Notes: a model not told the origin generated them from the sequence alone. A DNA stretch of 39,026 bases from Candidatus Kuenenbacteria bacterium RIFCSPHIGHO2_02_FULL_39_13 (GCA_001783595.1 MFMW01000005.1:18377-57402); one strand, 5' to 3'; shown: positions 1 through 8,603, counted from the stretch's first letter. Translations and numbers: made by a program.

Positions 1-28
1 GCAATAAGCAATAAACAAAGAATAAAAG
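1..28. repeat. Heptamer (NCAATAA-type) tandem array, truncated by the window edge
   Basis: GCAATAA GCAATAA ACAAAGA ATAAAAG; same units as the arms at 5661-5697 and 6053-6089. Confidence 0.75.
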
Positions 29-49
29 ACAAGGAATTTTTAAAACATC

Positions 50-322
50 TTAAATAACTTTCACAAACTTGACCAACTTCAGCTTGCCATCGTATTTTTT
101 TATCTTTTTAGACAAAAATTCAACCACCCCTCCTTTAATTGCGTAAAGCGTGTCATCACCGCCTTTTTTTACATTAAATCCAGGGCGAATTCTAGTTCCC
201 CGCTGGCGCATTAAAATAGCCCCGGCTTTAACTTTTTGCCCGGCAGTGACTTTAGTGCCCAGCCTTTTTGACATTGAATCGCGGCCCAGCTTGGTGGACC
301 CGCCTGCTTTACGATGTGCCAT
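50..322 (-). CDS. rpmA: 50S ribosomal protein L27
   Basis: [32 protein letters not shown] signature. Confidence 0.97.
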   Translation of the reverse strand: MAHRKAGGSTKLGRDSMSKRLGTKVTAGQKVKAGAILMRQRGTRIRPGFNVKKGGDDTLYAIKGGVVEFLSKKIKKYDGKLKLVKFVKVI

Positions 323-339
323 TGAAGTTAATTTAATTT

Positions 340-582
340 TTAAGCCGTTGCTCTTTGTACTGGAGCTTTTTGCAAATCATAATTCCAATTTTGTATTAAG
401 AGTTCCCCCAGCTTTTCTTTGCCCAATTTTTCTGCCGCTCCAATTATTTCCAGATAAAGTGGAACGCCATTTTTATCCACATCTAAATTAACCTCTGGTG
501 CAATTTCCCGAGTTTCTTCAACCTCGCCTTCCTTAAAGGTGATGGATAAGCTGTCGGCTATATGGTCGTAAAATAATTTCAT
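340..582 (-). CDS. DUF2283-like small acidic protein (putative antitoxin)
   Basis: MKLFYD..ADSLSI.F...LDVDKNG.P..LEI pattern; directly downstream of a DUF4258-like gene. Confidence 0.75.
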   Translation of the reverse strand: MKLFYDHIADSLSITFKEGEVEETREIAPEVNLDVDKNGVPLYLEIIGAAEKLGKEKLGELLIQNWNYDLQKAPVQRATA

Positions 583-587
583 CTTGT

Positions 588-815
588 TTAAGGTTTAAAT
601 TTTTTATCCCAATGAGCAGTGATAACGATTTTTTGATTATTGCTTTCTATAAATACCACTTTTAAATACTGCTTTTGAAAATATTTATAAGCTGCTTGGC
701 GATTGCCAAAGGTTGATATTACGTGATCAGGATTCTCCATCGTAATTTCTACAAGTTTCCGAGGAACTCTTCTTTGAGCCAATTTTATTAAAGCGTGCTT
801 AGTAAATATAGCCAT
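588..815 (-). CDS. DUF4258-like protein (putative RelE-like toxin)
   Basis: FTKHA..K..QR...LKVVF...IVITAH pattern, 75 aa, basic. Confidence 0.75.
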   Translation of the reverse strand: MAIFTKHALIKLAQRRVPRKLVEITMENPDHVISTFGNRQAAYKYFQKQYLKVVFIESNNQKIVITAHWDKKFKP

Positions 816-831
816 ATTAACTGTTAGTAAG

Positions 832-859
832 ATTATACCAGACTGTTAAATTATGTCAA
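832..859 (-). promoter_or_regulatory. sigma70 promoter for DUF4258-DUF2283(-rpmA)
   Basis: Minus strand TTGACA-N16-TATAAT with TG extension. Confidence 0.6.
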
Positions 860-865
860 TTTTTT

Positions 866-1042
866 TTAATGCCCCCGAATTTCATTTTTAGTTTTACTAA
901 TTAATCTCTCCAGTTCAGGACTAATTTTCACCGGATATTGATAAGTCGTCTCAATTGCTAAATATTTTTTGGGCAGATATTTTAATTGCTTTTTTACATA
1001 ATCCCTAATTGCCAACACGTTGGGCAAATCATAAATTAACAT
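866..1042 (-). pseudogene. 58-aa ORF resembling the C-terminal domain of nicotinate phosphoribosyltransferase (PncB remnant)
   Basis: Manual translation MLIYDLPNVLAIRDYVKKQLKYLPKKYLAIETTYQYPVKISPELERLISKTKNEIRGH resembles the recalled NAPRTase tail pattern; too short for the ORF track. Confidence 0.55.
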
Positions 1043-2112
1043 AGTTTTCTCACTATCCCTTTATCTGCGTCCACTTCCACCATATCCCCGTCTTTAAGGA
1101 CTTTGGTGGCGATTTTTGTGCTCATCACACTGGGAATTTTAAATTCTCTTGCAACAACTGCGATATGTGAAAGCACCCCTCCTTCATTGGTTATTATGGC
1201 TGCGAATTTCCTTAGCAGTGGTGTATCATTTGGCTTTGTTATATTTGTTACTAACACATATCCCGGCTTAGAAATTTTTATTCCGTGGAAAGCCTTATAT
1301 ACTTTACCTGTTATCTTGCCGGGATAGGCGGTGACTCCTTTTAAAATATTAATATTTTTTTTAACATCAATAAATTCCTTACGCACGCCGTTGACAGTCG
1401 CTTTATGTGAGGTAACATATTCTTTGTTTTCGTAAATCAAATACAGATAGCCTCTTCTTCGTTTAAACAGCTTAACAATATTATTTTTATAAATTTTTTT
1501 TTGCCTGATAATGCTTTTTAATTCTTGCAAAGTTGCATATCTTAATAAATCGCCCTCAAAACAAAAAGTTTTTCCGATTTTATTCACACATTTTTTTATA
1601 AGCGGTTCTATTTCTGGATAAATTAAATTAGCGACATTATCCCTTTCCTTCGCAATCAAAGAGATTAAATTACTCAACTTTTTTGCCCGGTTGAGATCGT
1701 CTTTTACGTAGCGCATGATGGAATTGTAAAAACCAATTTGGGAAAGAACGTGAGGATATACACGTAATACAACTGTTAATGTTTTAAAAGGATCTTTTTC
1801 GTTTTTTGTGCGCATTATGAGTTGTTTGTTTTTGTCAAAGATTTGTCTCATTTTTTTAATTATCAAATTCAAGTTTTTTCGTTTTAGCAATTTACCAAAG
1901 GAATCTCCAATCCGGTCTTCATTTATCAAAAAATTGGCCTGATTTTTTTTGCCAATACTACCTAAAGTGTTATAAAAAAAACCAACTACTTTTTTAAGAA
2001 TTTTGGTATAGCCCAAAAATATACAACTTACTGATATCAAGGGAAGCTGCCTTGAGCTGGCGTGAATCAATCCATTGTTTCTAATGATTTTGAAATAATT
2101 ATCCGCTTTCAT
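1036..2112 (-). CDS. PEP-utilising enzyme mobile (phospho-His swivel) domain protein with uncharacterised N-terminus
   Basis: C-terminal ITNEGGVLSHIAVVAREF.IP...ATKVLKDGDMVEVDADKG; no ATP-grasp domain recognised. Confidence 0.85.
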   Translation of the reverse strand: MKADNYFKIIRNNGLIHASSRQLPLISVSCIFLGYTKILKKVVGFFYNTLGSIGKKNQANFLINEDRIGDSFGKLLKRKNLNLIIKKMRQIFDKNKQLIMRTKNEKDPFKTLTVVLRVYPHVLSQIGFYNSIMRYVKDDLNRAKKLSNLISLIAKERDNVANLIYPEIEPLIKKCVNKIGKTFCFEGDLLRYATLQELKSIIRQKKIYKNNIVKLFKRRRGYLYLIYENKEYVTSHKATVNGVRKEFIDVKKNINILKGVTAYPGKITGKVYKAFHGIKISKPGYVLVTNITKPNDTPLLRKFAAIITNEGGVLSHIAVVAREFKIPSVMSTKIATKVLKDGDMVEVDADKGIVRKLC

Positions 2113-2170
2113 TTTTTTTATTTAGTTTCCTAACTAAACCTTTATCCGCATCAACTTCCACCATATCATT
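2099..2170 (-). pseudogene. Orphan C-terminal tip of another PEP-utiliser paralog
   Basis: Translates NDMVEVDADKGLVRKLNKKNESG*; 2123-2167 matches 1042-1086 at 38/45 nt. Confidence 0.8.
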
Positions 2171-2179
2171 GCTTCAGCT

Positions 2180-3052
2180 TTATTTTTGTTCAATTTTTTT
2201 CTCCAATCCCTTCCTATCTTCAATTACTTCTTCTAACAATTTACGATCAATACTTATTTTTTCAGTTTTGTCGCCTATGTCGTAAGTTATCTCTATTGTT
2301 TGACTTTTGCCATTGTTTATTATTTCAGTATGAAAACCTTGCGTTTCTTTATAGCCATTTCCTCCCACTGTATTGACATATTTATCCCTTGCCTCTGGCC
2401 CTTTGGTTTTTTCAAGTAGTTTAGCAATAAAACTTTCAGCTGCTCCGTTGTGTGTGGCCAAGTATCTCTCAAGCTGGTTGCCAAATTTTTCATATTTATC
2501 GGTTTGGCTGGCGAGTTTATTGAAATTATCACCCATTAATGAATATTTGTTATAAAGTTCAGCTAAATTGCCAGCATATCTTAAATAACTTGATTCTTTA
2601 GAATCCTTGTTCCTTAATACTGATTTATCGCTTTCCTCTATTAAAAATTTCAACAATCGTCCTTCATTATAAGCTGCTAGCGACTCTGCTGTTGAGTGAA
2701 AATCTAACCTTTCATCAGTATGTATTTTTGTGCCCATTTTTAATTCTTCAGCTATTTTAGTTTCCATCTGTTCTAAACTATCATCGGCCGAAATTTTTTC
2801 CTCATTAGCCAACATCATATGTCCAGCAGTTTCCAGCGTTCTTTTTTGTAAGCTGCCGGTAGCAATAGCCACTTCCGATTGGGGATTAAATTCTTTCCCC
2901 TTATTCGTTGCTTGCTGTCTGCCAAATGGAGTTAACAATCTGTCGCGATTATCCTTTTCTGGGTCATTTTCTTTTTGCCCGTGGCGCCGGCACTCAATAA
3001 TAACTTTGGTAACTTTTGTTTCAAGCTCTTTTGGTGACATTTTTTCTGGCAT
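2180..3052 (-). CDS. Histidine phosphatase superfamily protein
   Basis: N-terminal RHG motif, LTPFGRQQA, S..KRT.ETA, distal ATHNG. Confidence 0.7.
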   Translation of the reverse strand: MPEKMSPKELETKVTKVIIECRRHGQKENDPEKDNRDRLLTPFGRQQATNKGKEFNPQSEVAIATGSLQKRTLETAGHMMLANEEKISADDSLEQMETKIAEELKMGTKIHTDERLDFHSTAESLAAYNEGRLLKFLIEESDKSVLRNKDSKESSYLRYAGNLAELYNKYSLMGDNFNKLASQTDKYEKFGNQLERYLATHNGAAESFIAKLLEKTKGPEARDKYVNTVGGNGYKETQGFHTEIINNGKSQTIEITYDIGDKTEKISIDRKLLEEVIEDRKGLEKKIEQK

Positions 3053-3120
3053 AGTTTTTGCTATTAATTAATAATTCCTCTATATACTTTTATCTTATCC
3101 CTTTTATCTAAAAAAATCAA

Positions 3121-3144
3121 AAAAATACCTCCCAAGGTATTTTT
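3121..3144 (-). terminator. Probable intrinsic terminator after the pil cluster
   Basis: AAAAATACCT-ccca-AGGTATTTTT hairpin with a T-run on the minus strand. Confidence 0.5.
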
Positions 3145-3165
3145 AGCCTATCAATCCTAATCATT

Positions 3166-3465
3166 TTACTCAAACGGATTTCTGGTGAATTTTTCGGCTG
3201 CTGCCGGCGGCTGTTTTTTTAATTCAACCTTTTTTTTAATCTCCTGCCATATTTTCATATCCACCGTTTCCGTGGCCACCTGCTCCTGCAAGCTGACAAC
3301 CAAGCGCGTGTCATTAATTGATTTCAATAAAATATTGCTTAAAAATATGAAGCAAATTATTAAGATTAAAATCCCCGTTATTAAAAAAACTCTACTGCCG
3401 CATTTAGAGCATTTAGCCAGAATTATTTTAAGCTGTTGTTTTAGCTCTGCCATACTTATTTCCAA
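3166..3465 (-). CDS. Hypothetical single-TM protein at the PilP position of the pil operon
   Basis: One hydrophobic helix, C-terminal RNPF; overlaps pilO. Confidence 0.6.
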   Translation of the reverse strand: MEISMAELKQQLKIILAKCSKCGSRVFLITGILILIICFIFLSNILLKSINDTRLVVSLQEQVATETVDMKIWQEIKKKVELKKQPPAAAEKFTRNPFE

Positions 3466-4037
3466 TAAGTTAATCCGTTCAAGCGCATTGCAAGCACACT
3501 TGGAGCTTGCTTATTTTCTTCCTCACTTTGCGCCTGCCCGGGAAATTTTTTGTTTATCTCCTCGCCTTGTTTAGTCAGTTCAATGTTTTGAAAATTAATA
3601 TAATAATCAAATGCCTCAATTTGAGCCAGATACGTTAGAATATTTTCCAGACTGCCAGAGAGCTGCAGTTCCAAAGGAATAATTTTGTTTCCTTTTTTTT
3701 CATTTGCTTGGGTATTGTCAAAAGTTATCGTCTGCTGCAAATTGTTTTTTTCTGCCGCGCTTTCCAAATCAGTAATAAATTCAAGTTCCTCCCCGCTGTT
3801 AAGCCATATCTCTTGCAGTATGTTAATTTCGCTTTTAACCGCTTGCACATTCTTTTGGTTTTCCCTGACACTCTGGCCTTGGCTCAATAATTTGTCTAAT
3901 TTTTCCCGCTGCTCATGTATTTGACTGGTATTTTGTCCGATAGCACTCGCTGCTGGCAGAATTACCCACCATAAAAGCCCCAGTGACATAAGCGCCAGCA
4001 GACTAAATATTATTAATAATTTTTTATTGTCTGGCAT
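3456..4037 (-). CDS. pilO: Type IV pilus assembly protein PilO-like
   Basis: N-terminal TM helix, coiled coil, ferredoxin-like C-terminus (L.LSGS...I..YL..IE); follows pilM and pilN. Confidence 0.75.
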   Translation of the reverse strand: MPDNKKLLIIFSLLALMSLGLLWWVILPAASAIGQNTSQIHEQREKLDKLLSQGQSVRENQKNVQAVKSEINILQEIWLNSGEELEFITDLESAAEKNNLQQTITFDNTQANEKKGNKIIPLELQLSGSLENILTYLAQIEAFDYYINFQNIELTKQGEEINKKFPGQAQSEEENKQAPSVLAMRLNGLTYWK

Positions 4038-4038
4038 A

Positions 4039-4548
4039 CTATAAATTTAATTTAGCTCGCATGGTAAAGTCAACGTCAGCCCGATGCAGCAGATTGGAAA
4101 TGGGCGATTCAATCTCCGAGAGCATTTGAGAATTTTCCAGATTTGCTTTAAGCTGTAAAAAATCGTCTCTTGTTTTCGCCCAGCCGTTCATGGTCATTGT
4201 CCCTTGTGCTCTATCCAAATTTATGCTTTGAATCGTATTGCCCGCTGGCAGTAAAGCCAGAAAATTATTCAATATACCTGACCACTTAACAAAATCTTTT
4301 TGCACTGCGCTAGCTTCACTCATCAGATTGTTAATCTCTCCAATCCCGCCAGGCTGCGTCATTTGTCCATTATTTTCACTGATCATCTTTAGTTCGTGAG
4401 CTATATATTTTTGACTGGCCAGCATCAAGGCAGAAGCAATTAAAAAAATTGCCGTTAATATCAGGGCATTATTAACCATAGCCACATAGCGCGTCTTTTT
4501 TATGATTTGTTTTTTTATTGCTCGCGGCAAAAGATTGAGTTCAATCAT
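4039..4548 (-). CDS. pilN: Type IV pilus assembly protein PilN
   Basis: N-terminal LNLLP motif, TM helix, synteny. Confidence 0.8.
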   Translation of the reverse strand: MIELNLLPRAIKKQIIKKTRYVAMVNNALILTAIFLIASALMLASQKYIAHELKMISENNGQMTQPGGIGEINNLMSEASAVQKDFVKWSGILNNFLALLPAGNTIQSINLDRAQGTMTMNGWAKTRDDFLQLKANLENSQMLSEIESPISNLLHRADVDFTMRAKLNL

Positions 4549-5660
4549 ATCATATTTTTTAAAGCCAGGCCTAGCGCCGTGGTATAAGCATAGAGGTTGC
4601 CAATTTTTCTTGGCAGCTCGCCCGAAATATTTGTGAGCGGGTCAGCAATCAAAATTCTTCTTTTTAATTTTTTTTCCAATATTTCGTCCAGACGATTTAT
4701 ATTTGAGCCGCCGCCGCATAAAATTATTTCTAAATCTTTTGTCTGCCCTGAAAAATGGTCCTGGTAAAAATTTATGGTATTAATGATTTCTTTAACCAAT
4801 TCATCTATGACTTCCATCATTATGTCCCGGATCACTCCTTTACATTTTTTAGCGTCACTGCCGCAAATCAACTTTGCTTTTTCCGCCTTAATGTAAGATA
4901 AATTTTTTCTCTCCATAATGGCCTTGGTAATTTTTTCTCCAGAAATATTGGCAATGCTATTGGCAAACTGTATTATTCCTTTGTCAAGCAGGATAATGCT
5001 TGTTCTGGTCGCGCCCAAGTCTAAAATGATTTTAGCCCCCTCATTTTTGTTATTGTTCGCCAGTTCTTTTGCTTTATGCCATGGTAATTTATTCAGCCAT
5101 CCTTGCTGGCTATTTTCAGTTGCGATAGGCAAAATTGCTCTGGTAATTGCCTGTGCCTCAACTTCAAGCGCCACTACCTCAAGTTGGGCCATATCACACA
5201 GCTTGATATATTCCTCGGCGACAATACGCGGCACGGCCGCCACTAGAAATTTCCTGTATTTATGGTCATTGCCAATTTCCTGCCAGTCAATTTGCACCTC
5301 GCTCATCTCAAGCGGCATATGCCTTGGCAGTTCCTTGCTAATCAAATCTCTGACTTTATCCGTTTGCGTGTCAGCGTGCGCTATGTCAATTACTTTAATA
5401 AAAGTTTTAGTTTCCGGCAAAGAAATCGCCGCATAGCGCGTGGTGAACTTATTAGCTGATTTTTGAATTACTTGCCGAATAAATCCAGCTACTTTTGGTG
5501 CATCTTTAATCACACCCTCCTCAATAATTCCGGGTGGCAGATTGATTGAATTTAATGCTTGAATATAATTTTTCCCCCTTTTTCTTTTAATTTGCGCGGC
5601 TTTTAAGGACAAATCAGAGATATCCAAGCCTAATATTTTATTGGGTGAAGTTAAAGACAT
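4545..5660 (-). CDS. pilM: Type IV pilus assembly protein PilM (actin-like)
   Basis: GLDISD, ILDLGAT.T, ILCGGGS, TALGLAL motifs; ATG at 5660 preferred because the longer start lies in a repeat arm. Confidence 0.92.
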   Translation of the reverse strand: MSLTSPNKILGLDISDLSLKAAQIKRKRGKNYIQALNSINLPPGIIEEGVIKDAPKVAGFIRQVIQKSANKFTTRYAAISLPETKTFIKVIDIAHADTQTDKVRDLISKELPRHMPLEMSEVQIDWQEIGNDHKYRKFLVAAVPRIVAEEYIKLCDMAQLEVVALEVEAQAITRAILPIATENSQQGWLNKLPWHKAKELANNNKNEGAKIILDLGATRTSIILLDKGIIQFANSIANISGEKITKAIMERKNLSYIKAEKAKLICGSDAKKCKGVIRDIMMEVIDELVKEIINTINFYQDHFSGQTKDLEIILCGGGSNINRLDEILEKKLKRRILIADPLTNISGELPRKIGNLYAYTTALGLALKNMI

Positions 5661-6089
5661 GAAACAATAAGCAATAATCAATAAGCAATAAGCAAAGTTA
5701 TAACTTTCTATTTTTTATTTTTGTCATGGACACCCAAAGCATTGCTGAAATCTCATCAATAAGATTAGTTAATCTAAGATATTCATCTTCTGAAAAATAT
5801 TTTAATTCTTTTGCCAGATAAATAATATATTTACATTCTCTCGCAGAACCATAAGATATTTCCCAAAAATTTAATTTTACATTTTCTTTTATTCTCGCAT
5901 AGCCTTCAAGAAAATTTAGCATTACTGACACCGCCGCTCTTCTTAGTTGGGATGTTAAAGCATATAGCTCGTTTTTCGGAAATTGGTTACTATATTGATA
6001 AGTTAATTTTATAAATTCATGAATTTTTACTTTAAGAATATTATTTTCCATTCTTTGTTTATTGCTTATTATTCTTTGTTTATTGTTTC
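5661..6089 (-). mobile_element. IVS-like cassette: four-helix-bundle gene enclosed by 37-nt inverted heptamer arms
   Basis: 5661-5697 versus the reverse complement of 6053-6089 match at 31/37 nt; the arms abut the ORF stop and start. Mobility is inferred. Confidence 0.6.
5698..6051 (-). CDS. Four-helix bundle protein (23S rRNA intervening-sequence protein / S23 family)
   Basis: FPKNELYALTSQLRRAAVSV.LN..EG.AR...F..ISYGS..E motif. Confidence 0.9.
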   Translation of the reverse strand: MENNILKVKIHEFIKLTYQYSNQFPKNELYALTSQLRRAAVSVMLNFLEGYARIKENVKLNFWEISYGSARECKYIIYLAKELKYFSEDEYLRLTNLIDEISAMLWVSMTKIKNRKL

Positions 6090-7537
6090 TCCGTGGTTTC
6101 TTGCCACTGTAAAATCTGGTATTCTCCGGTTGTTGGAAAGCCAGGCGGCGGGTTATAGGTCAAATTTGAATCATAAATCGTTTCTGTGTTTCGGTAACCA
6201 GAGACAGTCTGGCCCCAGCCATTAACCCATGACCAAGTCCAAATCGTATTGGTAATAATTACTCCATACAAGCTGATTTTATTTCTCAAAACATAGTTTC
6301 TGGCATCTGCCGGCACTTGATATGAGCCGCTGGTTGTATAATATTTGCGAAAGACATGTCCTTTTTGCGCCATTAACACCGCGTTTATTTCTAGCTCATC
6401 AGGCGCCGAGTAAAGCGGCACATAAATATTGGACTGCGAAATCAGTCCCAAACTGCTCGTGCCATCCTTGGCCGCATAAACTAAATTCCCGTTAATCACA
6501 ATTTTTGGGTTGCTGCCCGAGTCTGGTAGTTTAGCAGCCACGACCGTTGTCTGTCCGTTGACCGTGCCATCAACCCAAAGATCATCTTCTACAAAAATTA
6601 TACCACAATTTCCCGGGATATTATAATTCCCGGTGTAAGATTCCCGGTCAATGTCATCAGATTCGCGCAGCCATTTAGAACTGTCCCAACCCCAGACAGG
6701 ATTTTTAAGCTTTGACACCCGATACATATCAAAAGTGCCGTCACTTTTAAAATTCAGATGATAGCCCAAGCCGCGCTGTTGAAAATAGCAATCTTCAGTT
6801 GTGGAGCACATTGAATTTTGGGCCAATGTTTTAAGCGTGGCCAAATCAGTTGTCACTTCGTCAAAGTCAATGTTAGACAGGGGAAAATCCCATAATGATT
6901 GTTCCTCGCCAGTTCCCCATACTCCCGGTTTTGTCTGGTAAGAACAGCCGTGTTCCGGCCCGCAAATATATGTTTCTTTAGCTGATGTTGTTTTGCCGTC
7001 ATTATAGCCGTCCATTCTAATGCCGCCGTTAGAATGCAGCGGCCCATGCAATGTTTCCGTGTCGCCAAACCAGACATTGGAATTAGTCAAAAAGGCGAAT
7101 TGCGCCATTGATGGCCGGCCGTATTTTACTTTAACGGTTCTATCCACACCCGGGTCATTATTCATCCAGCCTGTTGACTCAATTATGACTGTGTTGGAGC
7201 ATTCTGAAGGGGGAGTAATGGCTAAAGAGAATTTGCCAATCGTGTTGCCTAAATTATCTTGGTAATCGTGCACGTAAGGTCCGGGCAATCCTGTGCCGTC
7301 CTGAAAATCGTCAGGCGCGTGCGCCAAATGCCAGCGGTAATAATTAACTCCGGCCTCTGCCGTTGCTAAAGCCTTTGCCCAATTTATTTTTTTCAAGCCC
7401 AATTTATGCTGGCTAGCAATCATGCCTGACAGTCCTACTGCTATTACGGTGAACAGCATTGTAAAAACCAGCGCCATAATCAGCATCGCGCCCCTTTTAT
7501 TTTCAAGAATATTAATCCTGTTGCTTATTAATCGCAT
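6080..7537 (-). CDS. PilX-like minor pilin / pilus-associated protein
   Basis: Prepilin-like N-terminus (KRG-AMLIMAL hydrophobic helix), A..AEAG motif, C-terminal YD..L.YNPPPGFP. Confidence 0.75.
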   Translation of the reverse strand: MRLISNRINILENKRGAMLIMALVFTMLFTVIAVGLSGMIASQHKLGLKKINWAKALATAEAGVNYYRWHLAHAPDDFQDGTGLPGPYVHDYQDNLGNTIGKFSLAITPPSECSNTVIIESTGWMNNDPGVDRTVKVKYGRPSMAQFAFLTNSNVWFGDTETLHGPLHSNGGIRMDGYNDGKTTSAKETYICGPEHGCSYQTKPGVWGTGEEQSLWDFPLSNIDFDEVTTDLATLKTLAQNSMCSTTEDCYFQQRGLGYHLNFKSDGTFDMYRVSKLKNPVWGWDSSKWLRESDDIDRESYTGNYNIPGNCGIIFVEDDLWVDGTVNGQTTVVAAKLPDSGSNPKIVINGNLVYAAKDGTSSLGLISQSNIYVPLYSAPDELEINAVLMAQKGHVFRKYYTTSGSYQVPADARNYVLRNKISLYGVIITNTIWTWSWVNGWGQTVSGYRNTETIYDSNLTYNPPPGFPTTGEYQILQWQETTEKQ

Positions 7538-7553
7538 TTTGTATTCTGATTTT

Positions 7554-7607
7554 ATTATAGCACATTTTGCATTTTTTTAACTTTTCCACAGTCATATATG
7601 CTATAAT
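7554..7607. promoter_or_regulatory. Back-to-back extended -10 promoters (pil leftward, hydrogenase rightward)
   Basis: TGCTATAAT on minus at 7554-7562 and on plus at 7599-7607; ATG at 7614 falls at the expected +1. Confidence 0.7.
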
Positions 7608-7613
7608 ATATAC

Positions 7614-8603
7614 ATGAATAAACTTATCAAAAAAATTGAAGCCGCCGGTCTTTTGGGTCGCGGTTGCGGCACTTTCCCAACGGCTAAAAAATGGTTGGCC
7701 GTGTTAAATGCGCCCGGCAGGGAAAAATATGTCATCGTCAACTGTTCCGAGTCAGAGCCAGGCATTTTTAAAGACGAATTTATTTTAGATAATTATCCAG
7801 AGCTTGTTTTGGACGGTCTTAAACTCGCCATGCGAACTCTGAACGCCAGTCAAGGTTTTATTTATCTCAATCCCATATTTAATTCTCGTTTTAGAAACAA
7901 GATCCAAATCTTAATTGGTCATGATAATATTGAAATTTTTTCAGAACCATCCAAATCCTACATCGCTGGCGAAGAATCAACCATTGTCAATCTGATGGAA
8001 GGCAAAAGAGAAGAGCCCCGTTTTAAACCGCCCTTTGTTTTGGAAAAGGGTTTTTTAAATAAACCCACCCTAGTCAACAATTGTGAAACATTTTATGACA
8101 TAGCTCTTATTAATCAAGGCAAATACAAGCGAGAAAGATTTTTCTGCATTGCCGGTGATAACACTCCTAAAAATATTTTCAAATTCCCAGAAACCATAAC
8201 CGTTAAGCAAGCTCTGCTTGAATCCGGCCATTATCCTAATTTTAAATTTTTTATTCAGCTTGGCGGCGCCATGGCTGGCATCTGCCTTGCCGCAGACCAA
8301 TTGGATGATTACGCAATCCAGTATTATGGAGGGCTGATAATTCACGAGTTGGCAAAAGACGAGCGGCAGCTAGTCAATAAATGGCTTGAATTTTACAAAA
8401 AAGAAAGCTGTGGGCAATGCGTTCCCTGCCGCGAAGGCACTTATCGGCTTTATGAAATGTATAATGCAAAAGATTTTAACCACCAGCTATTTGCCGATAT
8501 CATCTTTGCCATGCAAAACTCATCTCTTTGCTCCATGGGTAAAATGGCCGCTACTGCCATTACCAGTTATTTTGAAAATATAAAAAAATGCAAAAAAAGA
8601 TAA
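7614..8603 (+). CDS. NuoF/HydB-like flavin-NADH-binding subunit (short form)
   Basis: GLLGRG..FPT..KW, N..ESEPG.FKD, YIAGEEST, KPPF, ESCGQCVPCREG...LC [4Fe-4S] motif. Confidence 0.88.
   Translation: MNKLIKKIEAAGLLGRGCGTFPTAKKWLAVLNAPGREKYVIVNCSESEPGIFKDEFILDNYPELVLDGLKLAMRTLNASQGFIYLNPIFNSRFRNKIQILIGHDNIEIFSEPSKSYIAGEESTIVNLMEGKREEPRFKPPFVLEKGFLNKPTLVNNCETFYDIALINQGKYKRERFFCIAGDNTPKNIFKFPETITVKQALLESGHYPNFKFFIQLGGAMAGICLAADQLDDYAIQYYGGLIIHELAKDERQLVNKWLEFYKKESCGQCVPCREGTYRLYEMYNAKDFNHQLFADIIFAMQNSSLCSMGKMAATAITSYFENIKKCKKR

Noticed and set aside
5698-6051. DGR accessory protein Avd / diversity-generating retroelement
   Set aside because: No reverse transcriptase or TR/VR pair seen in the window; the sequence fits the IVS-protein branch.
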